This document shows positions 63,966 through 64,000 of a stretch of DNA of 64,000 bases, one piece after another. The DNA is taken from assembly GCA_046290465.1 (NCBI GenBank), contig JBKAGP010000001.1:4896001-4960000 (forward strand), in the 5' to 3' direction. The notes beneath the pieces were generated by a model. It was not told the DNA's origin, searched no databases, and was given only the letters and a program-made list of their open reading frames with translations. The stretch's first letter is position 1. Each line of letters begins with the position of its first letter. This DNA comes from Planctomycetota bacterium (GTDB lineage: Bacteria; Planctomycetota; UBA1135; UBA2386). The position numbers and the translations under genes are program-made.

Positions 63966-64000
63966 CGGGCGCTACGCTGCGCGCATGGCAAGCATGCGCT

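Overview
A very GC-rich (roughly 70% by eye) bacterial chromosomal window, densely coding. It is most consistent with a Planctomycetota genome (inference from two ECF sigma/Ser-Thr kinase pairs and the style of the secreted proteins). In order: a PCD-methyltransferase fusion; a kinase-WD40/ECF pair; rdgB-rph preceded by a His-less pseudo-histidine kinase and a shrunken GH38-like protein; a tandem pseudo-GT4/GT4; a sulfate-activation plus Wzm/Wzt export locus (SLC13 permease, cysQ, wzm, wzt, cysNC, cysD, cysC); a SenA/EgtB-like sulfoxide synthase with egtD; a divergent, partial flagellar basal-body/C-ring/ATPase cluster (flgB flgC fliE fliF fliG fliH fliI fliJ motE-like fliL fliM fliN) with sigma28-like promoters and a 40-bp direct repeat; thrE; sahR-metH; three LysR regulators, a ferredoxin and a pirin; a ~0.9-kb nucleotidyltransferase cassette bounded by 40-bp direct repeats that duplicate a LysR-type operator; an L,D-transpeptidase; an LplT-Aas fusion; a secreted protein-ECF-kinase module; an FMN reductase/Fur-family/dps stress unit; a VHL-domain S9 peptidase; and a hybrid sensor kinase. 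I saw no rRNA, tRNA, cas, integrase or transposase genes. All family calls come from recognising motifs by eye; no searches were run. Best candidates for something new: the operator-duplicating NTase cassette, the run of three pseudo-enzymes, the SenA-like/EgtD pair without senBC, and the divergent partial flagellar cluster.
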